Positions 50,284 to 62,068 of a stretch of 64,000 nucleotides of DNA are shown piece by piece. The position numbers and the translations under genes were made by a program. A model generated the notes under the pieces. The model searched no databases. It was given only the letters and a program-made list of their open reading frames with translations, and was not told the origin of the DNA. Within the stretch, counting starts at the first letter, position 1. The number at the start of each line of letters is the position of its first letter. Source of the stretch: Chara braunii (lineage: Eukaryota > Plantae > Charophyceae); contig BFEA01000021.1 in NCBI GenBank assembly GCA_003427395.1, positions 4,568,964-4,632,963 of the forward strand, given 5' to 3'.

Positions 50284-52296
50284 TCAACGCATTCCGAAGA
50301 AAGGTTGAATCCAATTTTTTGTCCTTCTGAGGTCAGACAAAAATTCGGCCGTTAGGGAAGGGAGGACTTTGATCCTTCTGAGGTCAACTTTCCTAGCTTC
50401 GATGAGCCATGCAAGTGGGATTAATCTCAATCCCTCTCGTTCTAGCTGCTCTAATTGCCCAGGGAGAAAACTGGCGTCGAACAGCGGAGCGAAGAATTTC
50501 ACCCGACTCCCGGCAGTCTCAACAATAAAACGAGGCATAGAGATTTCGGTGATAATACGAAGCAAGAAACGCCGTTGATACAAGTTACGTGCAAGAGATT
50601 CAGAGGCATGTGGCATGGGGGATTCCGGGCAAGAGAGATTAGAGAGGACTGGGTGACCGTCAGCTCCAGCCCACGCAATAACCCAACAAGACTACCTAAC
50701 TTTCGTACAGACAATCGGGAGGAGTCTCGTATCCACACTGGTCTGACCTCTAACGAGAGCGTCCATTCGAGAACGCGCTGACTTTCGCTTACCTGCAGAT
50801 CCAGTGAGCGTGTGACAAACAGAACGAATAGAGCCCTCATTCGAGCTACCTGAGCCTTCCGCATGCAAAGTATCCACTCGAATCTCCACTCCATCTCCAT
50901 CACTAAGACGTCGATGTTTCCCTGGTGATTCGCCTCTCACTCGGCTGGCCCCTTGAGCAGACGAAGCTGCCGGAGTCGAAGAATTACCGGCATCTCCTTG
51001 TGCTCTCGCAACAGGCGTACTCAGCTGCCCGTATGGCCACGACGTGAATGCATGCAGGTTAGTAAACAGCGGGTTCGCACTGAAAAACTGGTCCAGAGTG
51101 GTTCCCTGTCGTTGCTGTAGGAATGGATGCTGCGGCAGGTTTTGAAGATACGCGGCCCAGGCCGCATTCGTGGCTGGGTTCATCAGACCCAACTCCCCCT
51201 GTTGCACATTCGCGTTGACCCCTGCAGCAGGCTGAGGACTAAAGATCAGGTTCGCTCTCAACATCGTAGCACCCTGATTACTGACGACGACGTTCTGGTT
51301 GCTGGCTGCACCTTGAGGTTGCTGGGCTACCGCACCTGGATGACTGAGGGGGGCTTGGTATAGTGGTCGAGCAGCTCCTAACCCGGAGGTAGCCGAAGCC
51401 TGAGAATTATTGTTGACGACCAATCTGCCACCTCCTTGTGTTCTCCGACCAGGGCGTCTGCACGTTGCTTCTGTATGAAAGAACGTACGACAACGCCTGC
51501 ACCAATCTGTATTTGCGTCCGCCAATCTCACCTCCAGAGTATCTCCTTGGTGGGTCTGTATCAGCAGCTTGTCTTTCATATTATTCCTCTTATCTGGATC
51601 GATGTCGAAGCGCATATTAACCAACTTCGGATCCGACTCGTCCGCCTCCGGAGTGTGCACCTTGAAAATCCTTCCAACAGCTCTCTCCACATGGTTATAC
51701 AAAAACACTTTCTCCTCCAACGGCACACTGACAGCCACTACCCAGAATATGTTCTCTTCAATTGTTCTTCGCCAGTCCCTGACTTCTCCCCTTGTCATCC
51801 TTGGTTTAAAGTCTGTTCGGTATGTAACGTCGCCCAAGTCGATGTAGTCCGTCTTCTTGTTCAGCATCCAGTCAGTGATGCTTTGTACTCTAGGGACATA
51901 CGAGACCACATTCGGGCTCTCCACCTTGATTCGGCCTCTCTTGAATTCAGCGCCGAAGGTATCATCTCAAATCCAGCCATCTTCGTACGCCCAAATAACG
52001 TCTTCTTTCACCTTCTTAGGTAGAAACCTAGCACCATCCTTGAAGATGACAGTGACTGTCCTTGTCTTCAACCACTTAACCTTCACTTCGTCAATCTGAT
52101 TGTTAAGAACAAACCTCACCTCCCTACCATCAACTTCCATGGACCCTCCATCAATCTCTGTAGGAAGGATACCTTCCTCGTAACAGGCGCGGACCATCTC
52201 CGAAATCAGTTCTTCCTCCAGACGGTAGTCATTCGGAACTTGTCCTCTTGCGTCCCCCTGTCCAGGAGGGGGGGCGGGAGGTGGTTCAACCTCCAT
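50284..52296 (-). pseudogene. C ORF1 (~670 codons; RRM-like, CX2CX4HX4C knuckle, C-terminal domain) with two in-frame stops
   Basis: ORFs 51967..52296, 50692..51924 and 50284..50616 are all in one frame; CRRCRTFFHTEATC. Confidence 0.9.
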
Positions 52297-52949
52297 TGAC
52301 CCAACTTGAAGAAGTTAATCAGAGCTGAGATAAGCACACAGGGTGATACGCTAGAACAGTCGTAGAGGTGAGATAGAACAATCGTTAAAAGCAAAAACAT
52401 AGACCAAAGAAGGACGGAGGGGAAAGAGGGGGGGGACTCCGGGCGAATCTCTGACCGCTAACACCATCAACTATGGCGAAGCCATAGCTCTTCGTCAACA
52501 CGAAGCACCACGAGATGTTCACCACGGTTCAGGGTTCCACGGTGGAGCCTATGCCGCCGGTGAGGCCCGCCGAAAGGCCGGCAGCGCTAGAGCCGAGGGC
52601 GCAGCACCAGCGTTAGCGCTATTTCGCGAATCGGTGTCACCGATTCACTACAACTTTTCCGTAGACGGTGAGGGCTTGACTTGACGGCAGTGAAAAAGAG
52701 GGAGCAAGTTTTTTAATGTTTTTTTTTCCTCCTTTGTCCACTTGCAGCATCAGGAATGTCCGAGGCCCAAACTGTTGTGGCGTTTCGTTTGACGGAGTCT
52801 GTAACAGCCCATGGAAAACCGCCGCAGGTCCAAGAAAACCACCAAAGAAGTCACCCTTGAGGGATCCAGTTTCTCTTCTTTGTCGGCGCTGACATCTTCG
52901 TAGTCCTTTTTCGCATCTACAGTCGTGTAGTGGTGGGATCAGACCCTAA

Positions 52950-53069
52950 GGGCCTCCCCACACCACTCTCGAAATGTGAAAAAGACAAATGTGGCGGGTG
53001 CATCTGGCCATGTTCTAGCAGGAAGTTCTTTCTCATTTTGCACATTTCCAGAGTGGTGTGGCGATACCC
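52950..53069. mobile_element. ~120-bp Tourist-like MITE
   Basis: Imperfect TIR GGGCCTC.CCACACCACTCT; flanked by TAA on both sides. Confidence 0.75.
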
Positions 53070-53164
53070 TAAGTGCAACCAGGCCTCCAGTTGGACACTA
53101 TTCTCATTTTTCTCTGTCCACGCTGTGCATAAGAGGACACGCGTGGCGGATGGAGAGTAGGAGC

Positions 53165-53823
53165 ATGGCCACACCACTCTCAAAATGTGCAAAATGAGAA
53201 TGAACTTCCTGCTAGAACATGGCCAGATGCACTGGCCACATTTCTTTTTTTCACATTTCTAGAGTGGTGAGGCCCTAGTGCCCTCAGTAGGAATTGTGAG
53301 ATCCTCCCCTCTTTCTTTATTTTATTTTGTTTCGGATCTGATCAGAACAGATTTACTAGTACACTTCATCTTTAGCCAAACGGCAAAGAGAATTGGGGCC
53401 TAGCCACACAGCCTTTTGAGACGTGCAAAAATGGATGGCCCATCTTCACCACACATGCTTTCGAAACAATTCCTGTTGTAAAAACCTTTGAAAAAACTTA
53501 TTGAAAGCTGTCAGAGACGCACGTGAAGCAGTTTCAAAAAGGCAAGATCCTACCACCTGTCACCAAGTGTGTTTTTTTTTTCTTTTTTTTTTTTTGGGTT
53601 GGTGGTCTTTTGGAAAGGGGCTCTCGAGCCCGTCTATTAGCAAAGAAGTTAAAAAAAAAAAAAAAAAAAAAAAAAAGGGGCAATTACTACCAAGGCCTGG
53701 CTACACTACTCTCAACATGCACAAGAGAGGAAATTAATATCATGGTGGGGTGCATATTTCCATGTTCAAGGGGAAGATTCACACCATCCTTTTGCACGTG
53801 GCGAGAGTAGTGGACGGAGGCCG
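53165..53823. mobile_element. Further degenerate copies of the ~120-bp MITE family (53165..53277, ~53396, 53693..53823)
   Basis: Shared CACACCACTCT / CTAGAACATGG motifs, in both orientations. Confidence 0.6.
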
Positions 53824-53920
53824 TAATGTGCATATCGAAAGCCCTGGCTGTTTCGAAAATCTGTGTGGCAGGCAAAGGGGGGGGCTTCTTCCAAAAGTAC
53901 TCTTTTCGAATTCCCTCTTA

Positions 53921-54318
53921 GGGCCTCGCCACACCACTATCGAATCGCGAGTTTTTTCGATAGGTGTCAGAAAAATTCGATAGTCCGGCATTCGATAGAA
54001 CCCCCCCCTTTCGCCTGACAGCACTATCGAATCGGTAGGGTATCGAATGTTTTCCGTTCCGGGTCCGCTTTCGACTGTCCGTCGTTTGTGTGTGGTCCTG
54101 TCCTCTAGCGCGTGTGCGGGCGGTTTTTCGATAGTCCGGAATGTGGGCTATCGAAGAGAAGGCGATTGCAGGCGGACGTGCACATTTCGTTCGATAGGGG
54201 TATCGAATTCCCATGTCTGACACCTATAGAAAATTTTCGAAGCTGCATTTTTCGATAGGCTATGTGGCGATGCGAAACTATGTAAAACTCGTGTTTCGAT
54301 AGTGGTGTGGCGAGGCCC
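53921..54318. mobile_element. 398-bp Tourist MITE
   Basis: Perfect 24-bp TIR GGGCCTCGCCACACCACTATCGAA; TTA TSD; many internal TCGATAG motifs. Confidence 0.93.
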
Positions 54319-54336
54319 TTACAAATTTCGGAAAAT

Positions 54337-54456
54337 GGGCCTCGCTGCACTACTCTCCACATGCAGAAAAGACAAAATATGGCGGTGCATCTTTCCGTGT
54401 TCTAGCAGAAGATTCATTCTCGTTTTGCACCTTTGGAGAGTAGTGCGGCCAGGCCC
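54337..54456. mobile_element. 120-bp Tourist-like MITE
   Basis: GGGCCT..C.GCACTACTCTCCA TIR; AAT TSD. Confidence 0.8.
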
Positions 54457-56088
54457 AATGCCTTGTTTTTCGAAAGGCTGTGCAGGTAGCCCCCTTGGGC
54501 TACGGCATTCATGTGAGGGACGCCCAGAGAGTGGCAGGCCACTTCCCGGTTTTATAACGTAAAATGACTTCTAAAAAAAAAAAAAAAAAAAAAAGAAGAG
54601 GCCAAGAGAAATATAATTCCACAACAACAAAAAGAAGAGAAAAAATAGAGGAGAACACTCCACCCACCATCAACCAACAGCCTTGCATTCCCCAGAAAGG
54701 TAGGGCCTCGCCACACCACTCTCGAAACGAGAAAAAAAGACAAACGTGGCGGGGGCATCTGGCCATGTTTTCGGAAGTATTTCATTAAACGTGGCAGCTA
54801 AACAAGCAGCCCCACCCTACTCCCTGAGCACCCCACCCTACTCCCTGAGCACCGGAGCGGGGACAACATGCATACCATTAATTCTGAGAGGCAGCTGAGC
54901 TTGCAGGTGTCCCCTGTATAGGCTTAGGAGTAGTGGTAGGTATGAAAGGTGAAATTGTGGCACCGAGGCGCTGTGGGTCAGGAGTCCGGGAGTCCGTCCC
55001 GACAAAAAAAAGTCCAGGAGCATCCAGCCTAGTCCGACAATCCCATGTCCACTTTTGCAGCACGTCCCTGAAAGTCCAGAAGCTACGGGACGACAAATGT
55101 TTGCAGCAGACAGGCCCCGGCCGGCCAGTACTGCTCTGAAGCAGGCCAAGCCAAGCCAAGGAAATCCAAGCCAAGAGAAGCCAAGGGAAGCCAAGGAAGT
55201 CAGGCCCTATATTTAGCTGCTACAGTCCAGCGGCTCATCACTTGTGCGTTAAGGCAACTTGGGCACTGTGCGCCCAAAGAAGAAGAGGGCACTGTGCGCC
55301 AAAAGAGAGAGACTTCATAGCCAGACTAGGCATAGAGCAGGAAGACGGACGCCATAGCCGCCAAGCTGTAAGCTACCTGAGTGGGTGTATCCAGGGTGAC
55401 GATCCAGGGTAGAGAGAGAGCGAGGGAGAGCATGTCAACTCAGAGAGAGAGACGAAGAGGACAAGCCATAGCCGTTATCTGGTTGAGATCCATTGTGCGT
55501 GTGCGTGCGGCAAAGCCGCCGGAGACGAGCTTTGGAGACGACATCTTCAAGTGTTGATTGTATCTCGATTTGGCTTCTAACGTGTGAACTCTCATGTGAA
55601 TGTTCATTGACGTACGCAAGGTTGACGAAGAAGAAGAAGACAGATGAAAAGAAGAAGAAGGCATGTATGAAAAGAAGAAGAAGAAGAAGACATGGATGAA
55701 AACAACAAGGAGAAGGAGAAGCAATGCCAAAACTAGCTCACGAACACAAAGAAAGACATGGATGAAAACAACGAGAAGAAGAAGAAGAAGAAGAAGAAGA
55801 AGAAAGAAGAAGGAAAAGCAATGCCGAAACTAGCGCACGAACACAAAGAAAGACATTTCGTTGAATGACTGGTTCATCAAAGCCCGGCATGGGGACAACC
55901 CTCGACGCTTTTCGATAAATTCAAGCCAGGGTACACGGGGCCTCCGGAGGGAGGCTCTACCACCTCACTCCCACGTAGCTTCCTCCATATCTTAACCTCC
56001 CGGTACACGGGCCCCCAGAGCCTTGCGGAAACTGAACTCGGGCGCACCACCCCATCGCAGCTTTCCCCATTGAAACGCGAAGCAGCGA

Positions 56089-56204
56089 TTTTTTTTTTTT
56101 TTCTTTTTTTTTTTTTTTTCCAATCAAGACGCAGCTTATATTATAAAAGTCGTTGAACCAGGCCGGGAATCCCTCAACATCTCAACCCGGTAGTGAAGCT
56201 TGTA
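56089..56204 (-). mobile_element. Extremely 5'-truncated LINE (C-related 3' end) insertion, 116 bp
   Basis: Poly(T) 56089..56119; 9-bp TSD AAGCAGCGA at 56080..56088 and 56205..56213; shares AGGCCGGG.AA..CCTCA...TCAACCCGG with the LINE C tail. Confidence 0.85.
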
Positions 56205-56619
56205 AAGCAGCGACTTCGCCGCGATGCTTCCCACGAAAAGATCTTTACACCGCTTCAAAAAAAAGAGGGGAAAAAAAACACCAGAAAGAGACATGCGCAG
56301 AAGAATTTTCAAAGGACTTTGCAAAAATGAGCTCGACATGCGCAGAAGAATTTAAATTGCAGTTCGGAGGAAGCGGAAAAAAAAAAAAAGGACTTTGCAA
56401 ATCCCGTATTAGATGACACGTAAAAACACGAGACGAAACGTTAGATGACACGTAAAAACACATAGCCGCGACTGACACGGCTCTTCTTTTTTTTTTTTAA
56501 AATAAAACTCACAAGATGAGCCTGCCCGACTGACACGGCTCTTTTTTTTTTTTTTATTAATCAAACTCACAAGATGAGCCTGAGATAGGAAACACAGGCG
56601 GCAAAGCCAACTGGGGATG

Positions 56620-56653
<34 letters not shown>

Positions 56654-56922
56654 AGACACTGCCACCCGTCTTTACCCCAATACACTTGGCGCAATTTGCA
56701 GCCCAGATGCGGCGATAATGACCAGGCGTTCCATTCCGGTGAAGACGGTAGCTAATAGCTACCACCCGCCTAGCCCCCATAGCACTGCATGCCCACCAAA
56801 GATACGACTCTAATATGAGAAGAATTTCAAATACACTTCGGCATTATCGTGAATGGGTACAACTCTGAACCTCAAGAAACGCATCACAGCTTCTGCTGCA
56901 CAGATTCTTGCCGAACATTATT

Positions 56923-57045
56923 GGGGCTCGCTCCACTACTCACCAAATGTGCAAAATGAGAATGAATCTTTTTCTAGAACATGGAAAGATTCACCGCCAT
57001 ATTATTTTCTGTCTTCTGTCTATGTAGTGTAGTTGAGCGAGGGCC
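56923..57045. mobile_element. ~120-bp Tourist-like MITE
   Basis: Same family as 54337..54456; ATT TSD. Confidence 0.7.
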
Positions 57046-58139
57046 ATTGACAATACCTTCCTCAGATCCTGCTGCAGAGATTCATACCGAAGTTTCCACA
57101 ATTGCTTCCTCGAACACTCGAAGTATCACAGTCGCTTCCTCGAACACTCGCCGAAGTTCACAGATCCTTCCTCCCTCGAAAACTCGTCGAAGTTTCACAG
57201 TTCCTTCCTCGAACACACTTCCTCGAACACTCGTCAGTTTCACCGTTCCTTCCTCGAATAGCTTCTGCTGCAAAAAAAAAAAAAAAAAAAAAAAAAGAAG
57301 CTTCTGATGCAAAAGAATCGTGCCGAATAGCCAGCTATCAAACGAACTGCAGAGACAAGTCTAGGATCTAGCCCTCATAGCTCATCAACTCAGCTCCGAA
57401 GGACTGCATTATCGTGAAACGTGAATCTGGACACCTTGTGAACTCGAGACACGCAGTAGATCACCACAGCTTCTGCTGCACAGATTCTTGTTGCCGAATA
57501 TTCACGATTCCTTCCACGAAGATTCTCCTCTCTTTCACCGTTGCTTCCTCCTTCCCTGTCAATCATAACATTTTCCGATGTTACGCGTGTCTTCACTTTC
57601 CATTCGCCCCACTGTGTCCAGGGTGCGGGGTGGGACATGCTGCACTGCTCTCTTCCAGCCCCTTGTGAGTCGCCTTTCCATTCGCAGATGCATTTACCGA
57701 GTCAGAAAACGCGAAAAGAAAAAACAAAGAGTTACAAGCAGAGTAAAGTAGTCGAGCAGGTCGAAGATCGAAATGGAATCAGCAAATCCCAGTGAATCGG
57801 AGCGCGAAGTGAAATCACCAAATCGCACTGCAGGAAACGGACAGGGTTTACAACCCAAGGGCGAAGCTTGGAAAGAAACGAGACGAGCTCGAAGACGAAG
57901 AAGTCGGGAGAACTAATCAAGCCACCTATTTGATTCGTAGAAGAGTTGTGCCCAATGACTAGCCGACCCTTCGGACAATCGCTCCAATCAGCAAATTCAA
58001 AATATCAAAACTTCCCTTCCTCCTAATAGGGGGCGTGGTCTGCTAGAAGACGCTGACGCATAGCCACGGGAAGAGCTCGTGAAACGCACATCGGAAATGC
58101 GTGGACTCCTCGCAGCGTATGTACTCGGTCACCCTTCGT

Positions 58140-58259
58140 AATATCTGGCAGTCAACCCGCCTCTCTCTGAGGCGAAAATACTCGGCCGATCTTAATAACA
58201 CCGATTCGCGATGGGATCGGCAAAGCCTACGGTACTTTACGCCATCTCATCTCCTAGCC

Positions 58260-58321
<62 letters not shown>

Positions 58322-58412
58322 AAGCAAATACTCGGCCGATCTTAATAACACCGATTTGCGATGGAAGCGGCAAAGCCTACGATGATTTACGCCATCTCAT
58401 CTCCTAGCCCAC

Positions 58413-58480
<68 letters not shown>

Positions 58481-58565
58481 GGAGCAAATAATCGGCCGAT
58501 CTCAAGTACATCGGTTTGAGAAGCGACAAAGCCTACGATGAATTACGCCATGTCATGTCCTCACC
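58140..58565. repeat. Three tandem units with embedded (CT)n microsatellites
   Basis: AAATA.TCGGCCGATCT...AAAGCCTACG...TACGCCAT repeated three times. Confidence 0.85.
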
Positions 58566-60365
58566 ACCACACACACCTGGAATTGCTAGCGCCTTCCATC
58601 TCAGAAGCGACTATAGCCCATCGTGAAAGTTGCAAACGAGAAACAGAATACACTTGAGACGGCCAATGTTGGAAAGATGTACTCATTCTCAATCCATCAC
58701 TGTCACCAGAGCACTAATTAGCCTCTAAAACGAAGCCTCTAGATCGCTTACACCACGCCATCGCTTGTCATCATCACCTACATTCAGGGCATAGATCGCT
58801 TACACCACGCCATCGCTTGTCATCATCACCTTCATTCAGGGCAGTAGCCTAAGACAACACGTCGAGACCTGAAACTAGCTTCTAGAACGAAGCCTTCACT
58901 CGCTTACGCCACCTCATCATCGCTTATCAGAACCACATTCATCACCACACTGGCGTACAGTAGAGCATGTCAACCCGGACTTGAGAAAAAGGACGAAGAT
59001 AGCTTAATAGATCATCAGCTGTGGCGAATCTGGCGATGAGAGCAGGAGCAGATCAAACCGAAGCAAGAAAGCTATCGATCCCACTTCAATTCCAGGGGGC
59101 ATTCTTTTTGACGTATATAGATGGACGTGTTCGCGATCAGATACATCCAGGTCCGACCGTGAGCTCAGATACATTAAGGATAGAGCTCGTGTGATTACGC
59201 CCTCAATCATGGTCGATCGCTCCGACAGCAAAAACAAGGCCCTTGTCGCCCGACGTATTCAATCAAGAATCTCCATCAGCTATTTCAGAAAGAAGAGGTT
59301 CAAAAAAAAAAAAAAAAAAAAAAGAAAAAGAAAGAGAAAGAAACAACGGAGGACCCCCTTCAATAAGAAAATTTCGAAAAAAGTAATCACGACCTTCCAC
59401 GCCTCCAGTTATTACATCTAACTTGGCTGGATTCTTCATTTCCGGCCGTTGATCTTCATCATAACCAATCCACCCTCGGAATCGAGAATTCGAGATGGCG
59501 GGACATTGTTCCCGGTGAATAAACACCTCTCCTCTGCATCTAAACGCCTCCACGTGTATCTCTAACACTCTACGTTTACCCCCCACCACAAAAAAAAAAA
59601 AAAAAAAAAAAAAAACCTAACTGCCCACGTTTCTCCTGATAATTGATATAGCAGTACAAGTACATTGCATGTTTTACCGATACAAGTGGTAGTCCTCTAC
59701 GTAAAGTACAATAAATAAGTCTACCAGGGATAAAAAAAAAAAAAAAAAAGACCACGGATTCACGGAACACAACATGGTGCCGCGCTCGATACGTTACAAC
59801 GGCCGACGAGATTGTGGTCAGATACGTTACAATGGCCGACGACATCAGATGAGCGGAAGCGACGAACAGCCTCGCACAAAGGAACAGTTTCAGGGCATGA
59901 TACTCACACACTTGGACTTCATTGTGGTCAGATTCATCCAGGCGAGGCCGTAATTGCAGCCAGATACACTTAGCGAAGTGCTAGTGTGAGTATACCCTCA
60001 ACAGAGCTGAAAAGCAACAGAGAAGTACAGGGGAAGTGGAGGATCGAAAAAGGGGGATCGAAAAAGGTCTGCAAAGCAACAGAAAGCCGTACAGGGCAGG
60101 AAAGTAACAGAAGTGCAAGATCGAAAAAGGTAGAAAAAAAAGACTGACAAGAGAAAGAAAAGTGCAGAGCGACAGAACAGTGGAGACCAAATGGTGTCAT
60201 CCACAAAAGAAAAAGGAACGAAAACGGGAGAAGCGATTAGCGTGCGCCAAACAGAAAAGAGGCAGGCTAGGAGGAATGAGCAGGACGATTTCCCACCAAA
60301 AAAAAAAGAAGCAATACGAAAAAAGAACCAAAAAAAAAAAATCGAACGTCTAATAGCAAGTGAAG

Positions 60366-61280
60366 TCACCCAGATCGGTAAGAGCATGACACCTTTTGCC
60401 TATCCTTGAAACCAGTAGGGATGCAGTTCATTGCCGTCATGCGGCAAAGTTTCCCAAATATGGAAAGTCGGACGGATATAGGAGTCCTGAGAGGTCTACC
60501 TGTCCTCATATAAGCTGCCCCATAATCATGACGAAGGGCCTCCCAGTTGGTGGATCCCGACGCCTTGACTTCCATCCCGACAACGCGACCTGAAGCCGGG
60601 ACTCCCATTACTACTAGAGACAACCAGCCGTACACATTACCTCTGATAAAAAAGGTGATAGCATTGAATCGACCGCAAGGCACTGTTCTAAACCTAATAT
60701 CAACGACCCCAGCTCTTGGGTCCGCAATGATTGGAAACACTCTAACGCCTAAGTCTAGATGGGCTTTGCCACCGGCGCAGTGTCGAAGATTGGGAGGAAT
60801 AGGAGGACAGAGATCGGTGACAGTGACGCGAGCGGTCCCTGCTCTGCAAGGATAACCATTCCCACGACACTGCACTTCGAAACAGCCGCCACAAGCGCGT
60901 CCAGACTCAAAGATGACAGGAGATGCCGCTGCGTAGTTGTGCCCAACAAACGCCGCCGAAAGGGTACCATAGCCACAAGCCCCGTTATGCTCATTATCAC
61001 CTCCGAAAGCCTCACTACCATAATAGGTCGCTCGGCCATCCTGCCACAAACCAGGATTTCCAGCGAAGAGGTTGCAAAGACTGCTGACCAGACTGGCACG
61101 GGCACTGAACTCCGCCTTTGACAGCAGAGCCAGCCAGATCGTTATCACCAAAAGAACCTTCGGCAACTTCAAGGATTGCAGTGAAGAGAGACTCGCTCCA
61201 CCATCTCCGAGTCCACGCAGAGAACGGCGGCCCTTCGCCGACATAGACACCTTTCGCATCAACTTAAAGAGCTCCTCCAT
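60366..61280 (-). CDS. EXPA: Alpha-expansin-like cell wall protein, intronless (304 aa from first ATG)
   Basis: W..GRATYYG, GACGYG, G.ACGGCFEVQC, TDLCPP..C, HLDL (HFD-like), RAGVVDIRFRTVPC, C-terminal CBM63-like domain; hydrophobic signal-like segment; uninterrupted ORF. Confidence 0.92.
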   Translation of the reverse strand: MEELFKLMRKVSMSAKGRRSLRGLGDGGASLSSLQSLKLPKVLLVITIWLALLSKAEFSARASLVSSLCNLFAGNPGLWQDGRATYYGSEAFGGDNEHNGACGYGTLSAAFVGHNYAAASPVIFESGRACGGCFEVQCRGNGYPCRAGTARVTVTDLCPPIPPNLRHCAGGKAHLDLGVRVFPIIADPRAGVVDIRFRTVPCGRFNAITFFIRGNVYGWLSLVVMGVPASGRVVGMEVKASGSTNWEALRHDYGAAYMRTGRPLRTPISVRLSIFGKLCRMTAMNCIPTGFKDRQKVSCSYRSG

Positions 61281-61300
61281 CCTAGCTACTACGACGAATG

Positions 61301-61572
61301 GCAATCAGACCGGAGAAGGAGACGTAGTAGGAGAGCAATCAGACCGAAGAAGGAGACGTAGGAGAGCAATCAGACCGGAGAAGGAGACGTACGAGAGCAA
61401 TCAGACCGGATAAGGAGACGTAGAAGAGCAATCAGACCGGAGAAGGAGACGTAGGCGAGCAATCAGACCGGAGAAGGAGACGTAGGCGAGCAATCAGACC
61501 GGAGAAGGAGACGTAGGAGAGCAATCAGACCGGAGAAGGAGACGTAGGAGAGCAATCAGACCGGAGAAGGAG
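61301..61572. repeat. 31-bp minisatellite (~9 copies) immediately upstream of the expansin ATG
   Basis: GCAATCAGACCGGAGAAGGAGACGTAGGAGA repeated. Confidence 0.95.
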
Positions 61573-61717
61573 AGCGATCGAGCGGAGGAGGGCAATCAGA
61601 CCGGCGAGAACGGATGGCAAGAACGCGCTCAAGAGCGGCAACCTGGCCAGTGTCAATGGGAGATAGAGGCAACAACAAATCATAACCTCCCACTAATTTC
61701 TTCTCCCCACAGCATCG

Positions 61718-61720
<3 letters not shown>

Positions 61721-61771
<51 letters not shown>

Positions 61772-62017
61772 GGCCTCAGAAAGAGATACAAAGAGGAAAC
61801 TGGAGTGAAACGCACGCACTTTTGTGTGTGTGAGAAAGAGAATGAGAGAGTATGACAGGGCGATCCAGACGGAAGTGCCGCCGACCGGATCTCATAACAC
61901 CCACAGACTTAGAAGAGAGAAATAGAACGTCTCTGTGTAGGCGATCCGGCCGCAGAGTACGAAAGGGAGCTTCAGACGCCAGGCCAGATCTAATAACACA
62001 TGCTGAGAGAGGAACAA

Positions 62018-62065
<48 letters not shown>
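61721..62065. repeat. (GA)n microsatellites at ~61721..61769 and ~62021..62065 in the expansin upstream region
   Basis: Direct observation. Confidence 0.9.

Positions 62066-62068
<3 letters not shown>

Larger units (their letters stand above)
45554..52644 (-). mobile_element. LINE C (L1/Tx1-like), full-length 7.1 kb, lightly decayed
   Basis: Poly(T) 45554..45577; TSD TCACTACAAC(TTTT) at 45544 and 52645; ORF1 and ORF2 present. Confidence 0.95.
45396..52946. mobile_element. Tourist (PIF/Harbinger) MITE of ~450 bp, split by LINE C
   Basis: Perfect TIR GGGTCTGATCCCACCACTACAC at both ends; TAA TSD at 45393..45395 and 52947..52949. Confidence 0.9.

Noticed and set aside
61281-61304. Expansin start at 61304 as given in the ORF track
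   Set aside because: That codon is TTG; the first ATG is at 61280.
61301-61572. CRISPR-like 31-bp repeats
   Set aside because: Head-to-tail with no unique spacers, no cas genes, eukaryotic context.
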